A DNA stretch of 64,000 bases from a phage: the sequence record PZ168832.1, one strand, 5' to 3'. A program made the translations under genes and the position numbers. Below, piece after piece: positions 9,194 to 17,552 of the stretch. The notes under the pieces are model-generated. The model was not told the origin of the DNA and made no database searches. It saw only the letters and a list, made by a program, of their open reading frames with translations. The stretch's first letter is position 1. Each line of letters starts with the position of its first letter.

Positions 9194-9368
9194 GGCTTTA
9201 CAAGTCCTCATCCACTACCTGTCACGCCTTTATCCAACGGCGCACGAGCAGAATCCATCAACGGGTCACCTGTTTAAGCGCCGTAACCTTTCGTTAAAAA
9301 CATTTGCTTTAATCCAATATGACCGCTACCTGGACGGGCGCTACTGCGGCCCGAAGGATTCTCTATGA
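9159..9368 (+). CDS. hypothetical protein
   Basis: 69-aa ORF. Has an unusual 35-nt overlap with the preceding ORF. Confidence 0.4.
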   Translation: MNTQGRITNQRRALQVLIHYLSRLYPTAHEQNPSTGHLFKRRNLSLKTFALIQYDRYLDGRYCGPKDSL

Positions 9369-9643
9369 TTACTACATACAAAGTATTCTTTGTCAAGTGC
9401 ACATCATCTATTGATGACCAATTTACTGCTGGCAAGAATTATCCCGTGATTTCTGAGTCAAGGCTAGATATAATCTTGAACGATCATGAAATCTATGAGC
9501 CGATGCCAGCGACTGCGTTTGATGTTATCGGTCATGTTCGGATTAAGACGAATGTTGAAACGATGCATGACCCGTTGTTCAAGAAGCAAATCAAGAATGC
9601 CATGCAAGACTTTTGCGCGGCCATGTTTAAATATTATAAGTGA
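9365..9643 (+). CDS. hypothetical protein
   Basis: 92-aa ORF with GAAGGA SD and ATGA overlap. Confidence 0.55.
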   Translation: MITTYKVFFVKCTSSIDDQFTAGKNYPVISESRLDIILNDHEIYEPMPATAFDVIGHVRIKTNVETMHDPLFKKQIKNAMQDFCAAMFKYYK

Positions 9644-9650
9644 GTTGAAG

Positions 9651-9872
9651 ATGAGCAAGAAAACCCTTAAGGCTGGCGACCGTATCCGTTGGGTGTCAGG
9701 ACAGCATATGCGCGCAGGCACCATCCTTGAGCTGGATGAATACCTTACCGATTCGCGCGGTCGCAATCATTACCGTGTAAGAATCGATACAGTAAAAGAA
9801 GATGACAAGTCACTGGTTGGTGAAGTCGTCATCGTAACTCCACGTCAAATCAAGGCGGCTTGTGAAGCATGA
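9651..9872 (+). CDS. hypothetical protein
   Basis: Internal ATG of ORF 9486-9872 (MSKKTLKAGDRIRW...). Chosen to avoid overlap with 9365-9643. Confidence 0.5.
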   Translation: MSKKTLKAGDRIRWVSGQHMRAGTILELDEYLTDSRGRNHYRVRIDTVKEDDKSLVGEVVIVTPRQIKAACEA

Positions 9873-10024
9873 ATAAATATCAATTTAGCGATAATAAAAT
9901 CAGTAAGGCAGATGCAATCAAGCAGCTTCGCCGCGTACTTGAAGCCAGCGGCCATACGAAAGAGCGCGCACGCGTCCTGGCCAAAGAGCATTATAAACGT
10001 TTTGTGTCACAAATCAGAGGTTGA
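9869..10024 (+). CDS. hypothetical small protein (51 aa)
   Basis: Below the ORF-track cutoff. ATGA overlap. MNKYQFSDNKISKADAIKQLRRVLEASGH... Confidence 0.45.
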   Translation: MNKYQFSDNKISKADAIKQLRRVLEASGHTKERARVLAKEHYKRFVSQIRG

Positions 10025-10026
10025 CC

Positions 10027-10374
10027 ATGGCTCATGTTAAAGACGAAGTGTTGTATGGCGCAGAAATTAAGAAGCGCGTGCGTGAGATGGCTTCCGGTGG
10101 CACGCTGCTGCCGCCGCGCGTTCGATGCGACCATGTGATTGGCGTATCCGGCACGAAAGAGATGGGTGTGTTGGTAAAAGACATTCGCGTTGGCGATGTC
10201 ATGGTCATAGACCGACAAGCACGCGTCGTTATCCAGGTGCAACCGAACGATGATGAAGGCTGTGTTCTATTGAAGCTGAAGAAGCTTTCATCCAGCCCAG
10301 CGAAGGCCGTCATCAAGAAGGTGTGGCCCGAAGGATTACGCAAACTCATTCGTCGACCCGTGGAGAATGTATAA
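10027..10374 (+). CDS. hypothetical protein
   Basis: AGAGG SD before ATG 10027; the ORF track starts at TTG 10021. Confidence 0.55.
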   Translation: MAHVKDEVLYGAEIKKRVREMASGGTLLPPRVRCDHVIGVSGTKEMGVLVKDIRVGDVMVIDRQARVVIQVQPNDDEGCVLLKLKKLSSSPAKAVIKKVWPEGLRKLIRRPVENV

Positions 10375-10610
10375 TGGAAGATTATATCAACGCTATGTAT
10401 ATGGCATTCTATGTCGTGCAACTTCCCAATGGCGCGGTATTCTATGGCGAGTATACCTTTGACGTTCAATATGACGTTTCAGAGCGTACAGTGTTAACAA
10501 GGGAGTTAATCGCGGACCTTAAGGACGACATCAAACGCGTCGCGCGGCAGCAGTTCAATTTGGATGACACCGTCATCGTTCGAATTACCGGAATAACAGA
10601 GGTGCAGTGA
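10374..10610 (+). CDS. hypothetical protein
   Basis: Internal ATG (MEDYINAMY...) with GGAGAA SD. Abuts the upstream stop. Confidence 0.5.
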   Translation: MEDYINAMYMAFYVVQLPNGAVFYGEYTFDVQYDVSERTVLTRELIADLKDDIKRVARQQFNLDDTVIVRITGITEVQ

Positions 10611-10939
10611 TGACCCGTGATCAGATACTCGCCGCGCATGAGCGTGGATTGATAAAGGAAGTTTGGAAGAAGGCCAATGTCTTTGCTGATTCTTATTACT
10701 TCTTAAAGAAGTGCATAAAAGAAAATGCAAGAATGGGCAACACAGTATTGACTTTTAATCTTCTATCTTATGGCGAAAAGCTTAATGCAATATATGCTTG
10801 TCGACTAGCCAGCATGAAGTTCGATAGAGGAAACGACGGAGAGTTGACCATCTATCGATTCTCTCACCGGACGGGTGATACAAAGATAACAAGGACACGT
10901 GACCAGATAGAGATTGACCTACTCCACTATGTAAAATGA
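10607..10939 (+). CDS. hypothetical protein
   Basis: 110-aa ORF with AGAGGTG SD and GTGATG overlap. Confidence 0.55.
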   Translation: MMTRDQILAAHERGLIKEVWKKANVFADSYYFLKKCIKENARMGNTVLTFNLLSYGEKLNAIYACRLASMKFDRGNDGELTIYRFSHRTGDTKITRTRDQIEIDLLHYVK

Positions 10940-10946
10940 ATATCAA

Positions 10947-10972
10947 AAGGTGAGCTAAATGCTTGCCTTTTA
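10947..10972 (+). terminator. terminator half of the terminator-promoter cassette (copy 1)
   Basis: AAGGTGAGC-TAAAT-GCTTGCCTT hairpin (two G-U pairs) followed by TTATTTT. Confidence 0.6.
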
Positions 10973-10991
10973 TTTTATCAATACTTATACT
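10963..10991 (+). promoter_or_regulatory. promoter half of the cassette (copy 1)
   Basis: TTGCCT lies inside the descending terminator stem, then 17 nt spacer and TATACT. Confidence 0.55.
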
Positions 10992-11023
10992 ATTTTCATC
11001 AAGACAAACAAGTGAGGCGAATT

Positions 11024-11341
11024 ATGATTTACTTAGGCATCGACCAGGAACAAGACGAGCGTTTAGGAAGCGTGTTAAACGTAGACTTAAACACAGCTGT
11101 ACACATCAAGCCTTGGCCAGAGGACCACGGCGACGTAGTTGTACCCGTTGCGCCTTGGACGCGTTACGTGGCCATTGACAATGACGGCCTTGTACATTGT
11201 TATTCAGAAAAGCCGACCTACTTCGAAAAGTATCACCAATGGCTCATGACTGGTTGGGCATTGGTACGCTGTTGCGGCGAAGTCGGTCTGGATGGCTGGA
11301 GCTTCGAGGCTAGTGAATCGTGTGTCGAGGTGCGATTATGA
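11024..11341 (+). CDS. hypothetical protein (paralogue family with 14281-14772)
   Basis: GTGAGG SD. Core RYVAIDNDGLVHCYSEKPTYFEKYHQWL aligns with RFIARDSNGGIWLYESKPVWEERRGQWL. Confidence 0.55.
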   Translation: MIYLGIDQEQDERLGSVLNVDLNTAVHIKPWPEDHGDVVVPVAPWTRYVAIDNDGLVHCYSEKPTYFEKYHQWLMTGWALVRCCGEVGLDGWSFEASESCVEVRL

Positions 11342-11556
11342 ATGCCGCGCTGGGTAAGCTGTCTTTCAACAAGCGCAACGAGTTGCGTATGGTGTCGCGC
11401 TTTCAACAAACGCATTTATCACTAATCAAGATTGCAAACAAGGCCTACTCTCTAAATTGTCCTGAAGAAGAATGGAAAGAATTGAATGAGCGTCGTAAAC
11501 AATTACAAAAGGCTGCGTTTAAGCTGCAGCAATATGCCATGGAGTATGCAAAATGA
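11338..11556 (+). CDS. hypothetical protein
   Basis: Internal ATG (MNAALGKLSF...) with GAGGTG SD and ATGA overlap. Confidence 0.5.
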   Translation: MNAALGKLSFNKRNELRMVSRFQQTHLSLIKIANKAYSLNCPEEEWKELNERRKQLQKAAFKLQQYAMEYAK

Positions 11557-11936
11557 GAATGAAGCGTTGCCCTTACTGCCACGATGTAATGCACCTTCCA
11601 CACGAAGAGTTTGTGCAGCACATGACTAACTGTGATAAGAATCCTAAGAGCGAAAGCCAACTTGAAGAAAGAATGTTCTTGGTGTCATTCAAAGCTTCTG
11701 CTTATGAAGTGCAACGTTCTTACGGCGCACCAAGTACGATTTACTGCCCAACAACATTGAGAAGCGACATCGACTCAATTCAGCTTGCGGCCTGGATTAA
11801 CGTTAAGGAAGGAGTCACGCCGCACTTTATTGCGCGCCTCCAATCTCAGATTCTACAAATGAAGCGCGAATACAACCGTGACATAACTGAAGTGAAGGTG
11901 TTGTCTATCACGCCTATGAATAAGGAGTTGCCGTGA
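11553..11936 (+). CDS. hypothetical protein with an N-terminal Cys/His motif
   Basis: 127 aa. N-terminus CPYCHDVMHLPHEEFVQHMTNC. Confidence 0.55.
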   Translation: MRMKRCPYCHDVMHLPHEEFVQHMTNCDKNPKSESQLEERMFLVSFKASAYEVQRSYGAPSTIYCPTTLRSDIDSIQLAAWINVKEGVTPHFIARLQSQILQMKREYNRDITEVKVLSITPMNKELP

Positions 11937-12193
11937 ACAAGGGTCCGATGACGAAGTTGGCCGTTGCCGCGCGGAAGCTTCGACAAGCCGTTAATGGGTC
12001 GCGGCCCGTGGCGTTAACACTCGACGATGCAAAGGCACTGGTAGAGCTGCTCGACGAGCACAACCGACGCAAGAATCTGGAGAACACATTACGCTGGCGC
12101 GTTACTCCGAAAGGGCGGGAGAGCGAAAAGAAAGCTTACTTGCGGCGCAAACTAAGGTCGGTCGGCCTTCACGAAGAGGCGAAGAATATTTAA
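11933..12193 (+). CDS. hypothetical protein
   Basis: GTG start 5 nt after AAGGAG. GTGA overlap. Confidence 0.5.
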   Translation: MNKGPMTKLAVAARKLRQAVNGSRPVALTLDDAKALVELLDEHNRRKNLENTLRWRVTPKGRESEKKAYLRRKLRSVGLHEEAKNI

Positions 12194-12199
12194 TTCAAA

Positions 12200-12226
12200 A
12201 AGGTGAGCTAAATGCTTGCCTTTTTA
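12200..12226 (+). terminator. terminator half of the terminator-promoter cassette (copy 2)
   Basis: Identical AAGGTGAGC-TAAAT-GCTTGCCTT hairpin followed by TTTTATTT. Confidence 0.6.
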
Positions 12227-12243
12227 TTTGCCTGTATTATACT
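12216..12243 (+). promoter_or_regulatory. promoter half of the cassette (copy 2)
   Basis: TTGCCT, 16 nt spacer, TATACT. Confidence 0.55.
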
Positions 12244-12271
12244 TAGTTCATCAAGCAAAGGAGAAATGATT

Positions 12272-12574
12272 ATGAGTTACGACGAAAGGTTTGGCAGAAG
12301 CGGATTATTTCATGACGCTGTACACAAAGACAGCAAAGATGTTGTCTGCGCATTCAAGGTTGATTCTTACGGTACACTGAAACCTTTTAAGGTCGGCGAA
12401 ACATACAAGCTGTTTCACGGCTGGTTGACGCGTCGCAACAACTTGCCTGACGTGGAGGTGTGGTGGATAGAATACAAGGGTCAGGCTCATCGGTGCAAGG
12501 TTGTAGAGATGCACGGCGTCAAATACTATCAATCGATCATCAGCGGCTTTGTTTTTAAAGAGGGTGAGCTATGA
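12272..12574 (+). CDS. hypothetical protein
   Basis: AAAGGAG SD sits 8 nt before ATG 12272. The ORF-track start 12212 lies inside the terminator. Confidence 0.55.
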   Translation: MSYDERFGRSGLFHDAVHKDSKDVVCAFKVDSYGTLKPFKVGETYKLFHGWLTRRNNLPDVEVWWIEYKGQAHRCKVVEMHGVKYYQSIISGFVFKEGEL

Positions 12575-12876
12575 GTACAGAAGCGATGAAGAAAAAGATT
12601 TTGAACGCTTTGCAAGAAGGCGTGAACTGTGGTGCTATCAAAGAGTTTAATGAGGCGCAAGTCAGCGGAGAGAATGCAATAGGATTTAGTAATAATAAAG
12701 GCGGCATCGCCGCAATCCTTTTGTTAAACAACACCGATGATAAGTTTATACTTTACGTCGGAGGGTATGAGCTTGTTGTTGATGATTTATTCATCACTTG
12801 TGCCGACGGCCTTAACCCTATGTTGACATTTGAACGTTGCGGAATTCGTGTTGCAACGTTTGGAGGGAATTTATGA
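12571..12876 (+). CDS. hypothetical protein
   Basis: 101 aa with GAGGGTGAG SD and ATGA overlap. Confidence 0.55.
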   Translation: MSTEAMKKKILNALQEGVNCGAIKEFNEAQVSGENAIGFSNNKGGIAAILLLNNTDDKFILYVGGYELVVDDLFITCADGLNPMLTFERCGIRVATFGGNL

Positions 12877-13058
12877 GTACCGAAGTCCATAACGCTTCAG
12901 CACTGGTGAGCTTTTACCGCAACAAAGGCGTGTCACTCGTTAAAACGCCGCAAGGCATGCTGTTCTTTGGCACGCGCTTCCTTAAGGCTTCGGAGCGTGA
13001 AACGCTGTCCAAGTTTGACCAGAAAACATTGCACGCAGTTTGGAGAAGACAACAATGA
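12873..13058 (+). CDS. hypothetical protein
   Basis: Internal ATG (MSTEVHNAS...) with GGAGGG SD and ATGA overlap. Confidence 0.5.
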   Translation: MSTEVHNASALVSFYRNKGVSLVKTPQGMLFFGTRFLKASERETLSKFDQKTLHAVWRRQQ

Positions 13059-13291
13059 CATCCAATCTTAAAGCCCGTTTGTTATTCATCAAGCCGCATG
13101 TGCCTTATAAGATTAGTAAGCGCACCTGGCTTAACATTTACAACCGCAGCGGCGACCGTTGTTTGTACAAGGCAAAGCGACGCAAGAAGGTATATTTAAA
13201 GGCTGTGGTGTCGCATCCTGTTGATGCATTCCTCGTCGGCGAAAATGAATTATCAATCGGCTATCAAATTGAATTAGGAGTAAAGAAATGA
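13055..13291 (+). CDS. hypothetical protein
   Basis: Internal ATG (MTSNLKARL...) with GGAGAAG SD and ATGA overlap. Confidence 0.5.
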   Translation: MTSNLKARLLFIKPHVPYKISKRTWLNIYNRSGDRCLYKAKRRKKVYLKAVVSHPVDAFLVGENELSIGYQIELGVKK

Positions 13292-13614
13292 AAATCGAAC
13301 AACTCGAAGCATTATTGGAAATGGCTGTAAAGGCAGGCGCAATAAAAAGCTATCGCCGCGAGAAGTCTGACGATGCTGCGCACTTTTGTCGCAACTTCTA
13401 TATTGTCGGCAACCTTAACGACCACTACACCATCGAGTGGTATACTAATATGATGACGCTTAAGTCGCGCACCATGGAGCTTTGGTGCGATGACGTTTGT
13501 CTTTCTCATAGCCACCCGTGCTACGACGTTGCGCTTGGATTCTTTTACAAAAGCAACCAGCCAATCGCCCACATCGGAGAGAAGTACGACCACTTGAAGG
13601 AGAAGGTTGAATAA
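13288..13614 (+). CDS. hypothetical protein
   Basis: 108 aa with AGGAG SD. Confidence 0.55.
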   Translation: MKIEQLEALLEMAVKAGAIKSYRREKSDDAAHFCRNFYIVGNLNDHYTIEWYTNMMTLKSRTMELWCDDVCLSHSHPCYDVALGFFYKSNQPIAHIGEKYDHLKEKVE

Positions 13615-13955
13615 TGGAAGAGCAAGAAGGTCGTGAGCTAACGTTCGACGAGCAAATGAAAGAGCTTCAGCGCACATCGCCGCTGCGCGGTAAGATTGTT
13701 GACATCGAGGCGAGCGAATCCAATCTCACCCAGTGGCGGCTCAAGTGCACCAGCACAAGCAAGGATATGTTAAGCTTCAAAGTCGGTCATACTTATTTGC
13801 TTTATGAGGCAAAAGGACTTATTATTGATGGAAGGCAAATTGTCTTCACCGTCGTCAACGGCATGCGTTGGTTCGTGAAGCGTGATGTCGAGGGCCGTGA
13901 CATGTTTGTCGCAGGCTTTCTAGAAACAAGATTCCAATTGGAGAAGGTTAAATGA
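13614..13955 (+). CDS. hypothetical protein
   Basis: 113 aa with GAAGGAGAAGG SD. Confidence 0.55.
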   Translation: MEEQEGRELTFDEQMKELQRTSPLRGKIVDIEASESNLTQWRLKCTSTSKDMLSFKVGHTYLLYEAKGLIIDGRQIVFTVVNGMRWFVKRDVEGRDMFVAGFLETRFQLEKVK

Positions 13956-14284
13956 AATTGAAATGGTATGTGGACCCTGAGCCGACAGGCCAATACAGGT
14001 CATTCCAACGTCGCGGCTGGCCGACTTGTTACAGCGGCAATCCCGATAAAGAAGACTGCGAGCTGCTTGCCGCTATCGTAAGCCTCGACCATCACGGCTA
14101 TGAAGGCCACTACGCGAGAGCAACCAACCTTCGGCTCAAGGTGCGCATCCATTTCAAGGTCGCAGGCGAGGACCGCACCGGACTCTCCAAGGAAGAGTTC
14201 AGCAGCATCGCCGACGCAAAGGCGTGGCTCAAGGCTTTCTATAAGAACAACCCTAAATTCTATCCAACTAAGGATGCATCATGA
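13952..14284 (+). CDS. hypothetical protein
   Basis: 110 aa with GGAGAAGG SD. Confidence 0.55.
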   Translation: MKLKWYVDPEPTGQYRSFQRRGWPTCYSGNPDKEDCELLAAIVSLDHHGYEGHYARATNLRLKVRIHFKVAGEDRTGLSKEEFSSIADAKAWLKAFYKNNPKFYPTKDAS

Positions 14285-14772
14285 CTAATAAAACTCAGCG
14301 CATCAAGTTCGAAGGCAAAGAATACAAAATAGACGTTCGTGCAAGATTCATTGCGCGCGATTCCAATGGCGGCATTTGGTTGTATGAGTCAAAACCTGTA
14401 TGGGAAGAGCGGCGCGGCCAGTGGTTGTACGAGACTTGTGGTTCGGTTTGGTGCGAGCGCATCGACCAAGTGAAGACGTTGAAAAAGAACCGACCAGCAT
14501 CACGAGATTCTCTGCAAGAAGTCGAATCAATCAAAATCCAAGACCCAGCAACGTCGACCGATAAACAATACGCAGTCGGGCAACGTGACATCGAGCAACT
14601 CGACGAGGGTGGCTATTATACGCGCCACATCTATGCCATGACTCATGAAGGACTTTACAGCAAGTCAGACATCGCCGCTGAACTGGCTCACCGTGACTTG
14701 CAAATTGACCTTCTCAAGATAGAAGTGCAAAACTTACGCAACACCCTGTTAAATACTTGGAGCTTAAAATGA
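14281..14772 (+). CDS. hypothetical protein (paralogue family with 11024-11341)
   Basis: 163 aa with AAGGA SD. Shares the motif noted at 11024. Confidence 0.55.
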   Translation: MTNKTQRIKFEGKEYKIDVRARFIARDSNGGIWLYESKPVWEERRGQWLYETCGSVWCERIDQVKTLKKNRPASRDSLQEVESIKIQDPATSTDKQYAVGQRDIEQLDEGGYYTRHIYAMTHEGLYSKSDIAAELAHRDLQIDLLKIEVQNLRNTLLNTWSLK

Positions 14773-15194
14773 TACAACGTTACGACCTGACATATGATGT
14801 GGTATCAGAAGATTGCGCCATCACTCCCGTTCCAGAGAGTCATGAAGGACGTTTTGTTGAATATGAGGACTATGCTGCGCTGGAAGCGAAATATAGTGAA
14901 GCGCAACGCGAGTTGGTTGCATTACGCTCACAGGTCCGTGATGCGTCGGCGCTTGTTAAGCAGTTGCACGACGTCGTTGCTACTATAGGCGTGGATGATG
15001 ATGCACCGAAGGAGGAAGCGTGGACCGTGTGGCTTGGTGGAGATAATCCGGTGCCTGGGAAGATGGTTGAGTTTGAATTACTCAACGGTTATAAATCAAA
15101 AGCTGCCGTTCCTTCGGACAGTTTGACATGGGATAAAGTCACAAGCCCGACTGGTGCAAAGATTATTGCCTATCGGGTCGTTAAGGAGGGGTGA
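14769..15194 (+). CDS. hypothetical protein
   Basis: Internal ATG (MIQRYDLTYD...) with GGAG SD and ATGA overlap. Confidence 0.55.
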   Translation: MIQRYDLTYDVVSEDCAITPVPESHEGRFVEYEDYAALEAKYSEAQRELVALRSQVRDASALVKQLHDVVATIGVDDDAPKEEAWTVWLGGDNPVPGKMVEFELLNGYKSKAAVPSDSLTWDKVTSPTGAKIIAYRVVKEG

Positions 15195-15643
15195 TGGGTA
15201 AAAAGCTTATCGCCGCTGGTTGGGCCATCCCGAAGTGGGCTCATCGTGCGCACTACTTTGATGAAGGAGAAGTGCAAAGCCTTTGTGGTCGCGCAACTTA
15301 TTTCGGTGATGAGCGCGTCAGCGGCGATTACATCGACTCGCTTTTAGGCAAAGGTGATTGCAAGAAATGTCAGGATATATTAAGAGATATTCTTACGCAA
15401 AGAGGATTGCTTGAGCTTGATGAATCGGAGGAAGTAATTGAACTTAAGCTTGAAGCGAATTACCTTATTTATACGTTCAAGAACTATTACGCAACTAATA
15501 TGCGCTCAAAAATGAGCGAGGAAGTAATAGAAAAGGTGTTCACCTACAATCCGCTAAGGATGAATAAAACTAAATTGAAGAAGTTTAATATAATGTTAAG
15601 GAAAGAATTTAAAAGGCTTGGAGTGAAGAATTTTATATTTTAA
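15194..15643 (+). CDS. hypothetical protein
   Basis: AAGGAGGGG SD. Last gene of the rightward early block. Confidence 0.55.
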   Translation: MGKKLIAAGWAIPKWAHRAHYFDEGEVQSLCGRATYFGDERVSGDYIDSLLGKGDCKKCQDILRDILTQRGLLELDESEEVIELKLEANYLIYTFKNYYATNMRSKMSEEVIEKVFTYNPLRMNKTKLKKFNIMLRKEFKRLGVKNFIF

Positions 15644-15661
15644 TAGTGATTAATGTTAAGA

Positions 15662-15681
15662 GGGCCGATTGGCCCTTTTTG
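15662..15681 (+). terminator. rho-independent terminator ending the early block
   Basis: GGGCC-GATT-GGCCC followed by TTTTT. Confidence 0.75.
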
Positions 15682-15797
15682 TTTGCCTGTGGAATGTGAG
15701 GCTTTTGTGGTTATTTACGATTCAAGGCTGTAATTTAAGAGAGCGAAAATATTATAATAATTTATCAAGATTATTGCATATTGTGGCAATCAACGTT

Positions 15798-16500
15798 TAT
15801 ACGTATTTATGACAGTTTAATCCACTAAATAATACGGATAGAACAGTGAGGAAAATACAGCGGTGTATTTTAGTGTAAATATTGAATCAAAAATAAATAA
15901 TTATGGTGCTATTATATACGCAGATTGTTTGTAATTTATAGGATATTTTATCGTGGAGTATTGGCTAACGGTGCGTTAGCCGTGGGTCTTGGTGCTTGTG
16001 GTGTTGATGCTCAGAATTTTAATAATGTTTTAGTTTTAGTAATCGTAGTCAATGATGATACGTATAAGAAAATGAGAGTCACCCCTTCACAGGATATTGT
16101 ACCGTGGCCCTGTGGTGCGCCGCGCCTGGGATTGCTGGTATACACTGGTGCTATTTTGCCGCGAAGGCAGTCATTCATACGTATCATGACGTATCATTGG
16201 GCTATTGATTTATAAGGAAAAATACGCTGATACGGATGATACGGGTGCAAACATAATATATATAGAATTCCAGAAAATTAATTAACTCCATTTTGAATTA
16301 ATTTAAATTAATTTTTTTCTACATCCTCATACTTATACTAAACTTATATTTATACGTATCATCCGTAAGATATAAGTAAAAACAAAGACTTGCGGCAATA
16401 CGGATGATACGTCATGATACGCTTCAACCAGCCATCTGCGGCTAAGTCATTGATTTGCATAACAAGCGGCGAAAGGGATGGATTTCTTTTATACGTATCA
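15798..16500. repeat. iteron cluster A: CGTATCATCCGTA / ACGGATGATACG units in both orientations around an AT-rich core (about 16250-16350)
   Basis: Units read at 15798, 15832, 16052, 16178-16197, 16229-16243, 16352-16367, 16398-16422 and 16491. The core contains GAATTC...AAATTAATT...TTTTTTT. Confidence 0.8.
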
Positions 16501-16586
16501 AACAGTACACCACGCACCACGGTCCGCAATCCACGCAGCATTATGATTTGTGTACATTTATAGCCATAATGAACATCAATCTGCAC

Positions 16587-16615
16587 TTGAATATAATGTC
16601 CATCCATTGTATAAT
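16587..16615 (+). promoter_or_regulatory. sigma70-like promoter upstream of terS
   Basis: TTGAAT (16587-16592), 17 nt spacer, TATAAT (16610-16615). Confidence 0.6.
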
Positions 16616-16650
16616 TCACACTATTAATTTGCACTATGGGATTTTGCACT

Positions 16651-17124
16651 ATGAGTCAAGACTATGTAGCGATGCCTGAAGACTTTGAAGACCCGCGATT
16701 TGCAGAGCACAATCAGGCTTTATTCGATGAGTTCATTGACCTTGTTATTCAGGGCCATGACATGCGCGCAGCTTTTGCACTAGTATTTGGAATGGAAGTT
16801 GCAACGGATAACTACACTGGACAGCGAATCCTTTGCGCGCAACGCAACCCATACTACAAAATGCGCTTCAAAAAGCGTATGGAAGAGATGCCACTCAAGG
16901 ATTTGTGGAGCGTAAAAGGTGCAATTCACAATTTGGTTAAGCTTGTGCGTGATCCAGAAGTCGCGGCGTCAGCCAAGCTTAATGCTATTCGCGAACTGAA
17001 TATCATCTACGGCATCACGATGATTGATGAAAACGGCAATAGTAAAATGGGCCGTTCCATGGACGATTTCTACAAGGATTTTGGAGAGGCAGCCAAAGAA
17101 GGCGAGCAATTCTCCCGCCACTAG
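16651..17124 (+). CDS. terS: terminase small subunit-like protein
   Basis: 157 aa. The segment PEVAASAKLNAIRELNIIYGI resembles the conserved helix of small terminases. N-terminal helical region. The ORF-track ATG 16636 lies inside the motif doublet and ATG 16651 is preferred. Assignment is by resemblance only. Confidence 0.5.
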   Translation: MSQDYVAMPEDFEDPRFAEHNQALFDEFIDLVIQGHDMRAAFALVFGMEVATDNYTGQRILCAQRNPYYKMRFKKRMEEMPLKDLWSVKGAIHNLVKLVRDPEVAASAKLNAIRELNIIYGITMIDENGNSKMGRSMDDFYKDFGEAAKEGEQFSRH

Positions 17125-17143
17125 CCAATTTGCACTATAAAAC

Positions 17144-17177
17144 GGCCCTAGAACACATCTTCTCCACTTCTAGGGCC
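17144..17177 (-). terminator. 10-bp perfect hairpin; likely terminator of the leftward island operon (and possibly of terS)
   Basis: GGCCCTAGAA-14 nt-TTCTAGGGCC. On the minus strand it is followed by GTTTTATAG. There is no U-run on the plus side. Confidence 0.55.
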
Positions 17178-17238
17178 GTCGGTAATACGACGGGGAAGGT
17201 TGCAACCGTAAACGCGTTAGAAAGTGTATTATTATAAG

Positions 17239-17502
17239 TCATCTTTTAGTCACCTTACGTAACAATTTACGACCTTCAGCCGTCCAATCGAACGACTCCA
17301 CCAGCAGATTCGCACTATAACCTAAGATGATGCGCCCTTTCTCGTTATCGACCCGCCAACAAGTCTCGAATAGCATTCGATTTGCACTATTAACTATCGC
17401 CGCAACGCGCGTAGGGTAAACGCAATTTGCACTATGGTCATAAAGGGATAAGGTGCGACCACTTCCGATGGACAACGTAGCGATGAGAATGAGCGTATTC
17501 AT
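17239..17502 (-). CDS. hypothetical protein with a signal-peptide-like N-terminus
   Basis: 87 aa with GGTGG SD. MNTLILIATLSIGSG.... Contains three in-frame copies of the reverse-complemented 12-mer (HSAN, NSAN, YSAN). Confidence 0.45.
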   Translation of the reverse strand: MNTLILIATLSIGSGRTLSLYDHSANCVYPTRVAAIVNSANRMLFETCWRVDNEKGRIILGYSANLLVESFDWTAEGRKLLRKVTKR

Positions 17503-17552
17503 AAGCCACCAATTTGCACTATGAAAAGCGACCCCGAAGGGCCGCCATTCGA

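Noticed and set aside
15798-16500. The possibility that the CGTATCATCCGTA repeats here and at 31673-31950 form a CRISPR array.
   Set aside because: The units are only 9-13 bp, occur in both orientations, are often directly tandem without unique spacers of regular length, and no cas genes are present.
15925-16649. ORFs 15925-16215 (plus) and 16359-16649 (minus) in the iteron gap.
   Set aside because: They run straight through the iterons and the AT-rich core, have no SD, and have implausible composition. The region is treated as non-coding.
15644-16650. A search for tRNA or other structured RNA genes in the large non-coding gaps (also 19741-20390, 31431-32060 and 54408-54583).
   Set aside because: No cloverleaf-compatible sequence or GTTCGAATC-like T-arm was seen by eye. 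The 8-bp hairpin GGCTAACG-GTG-CGTTAGCC at about 15963-15981 stands alone. tRNAscan or Infernal was not run, so this is not definitive.
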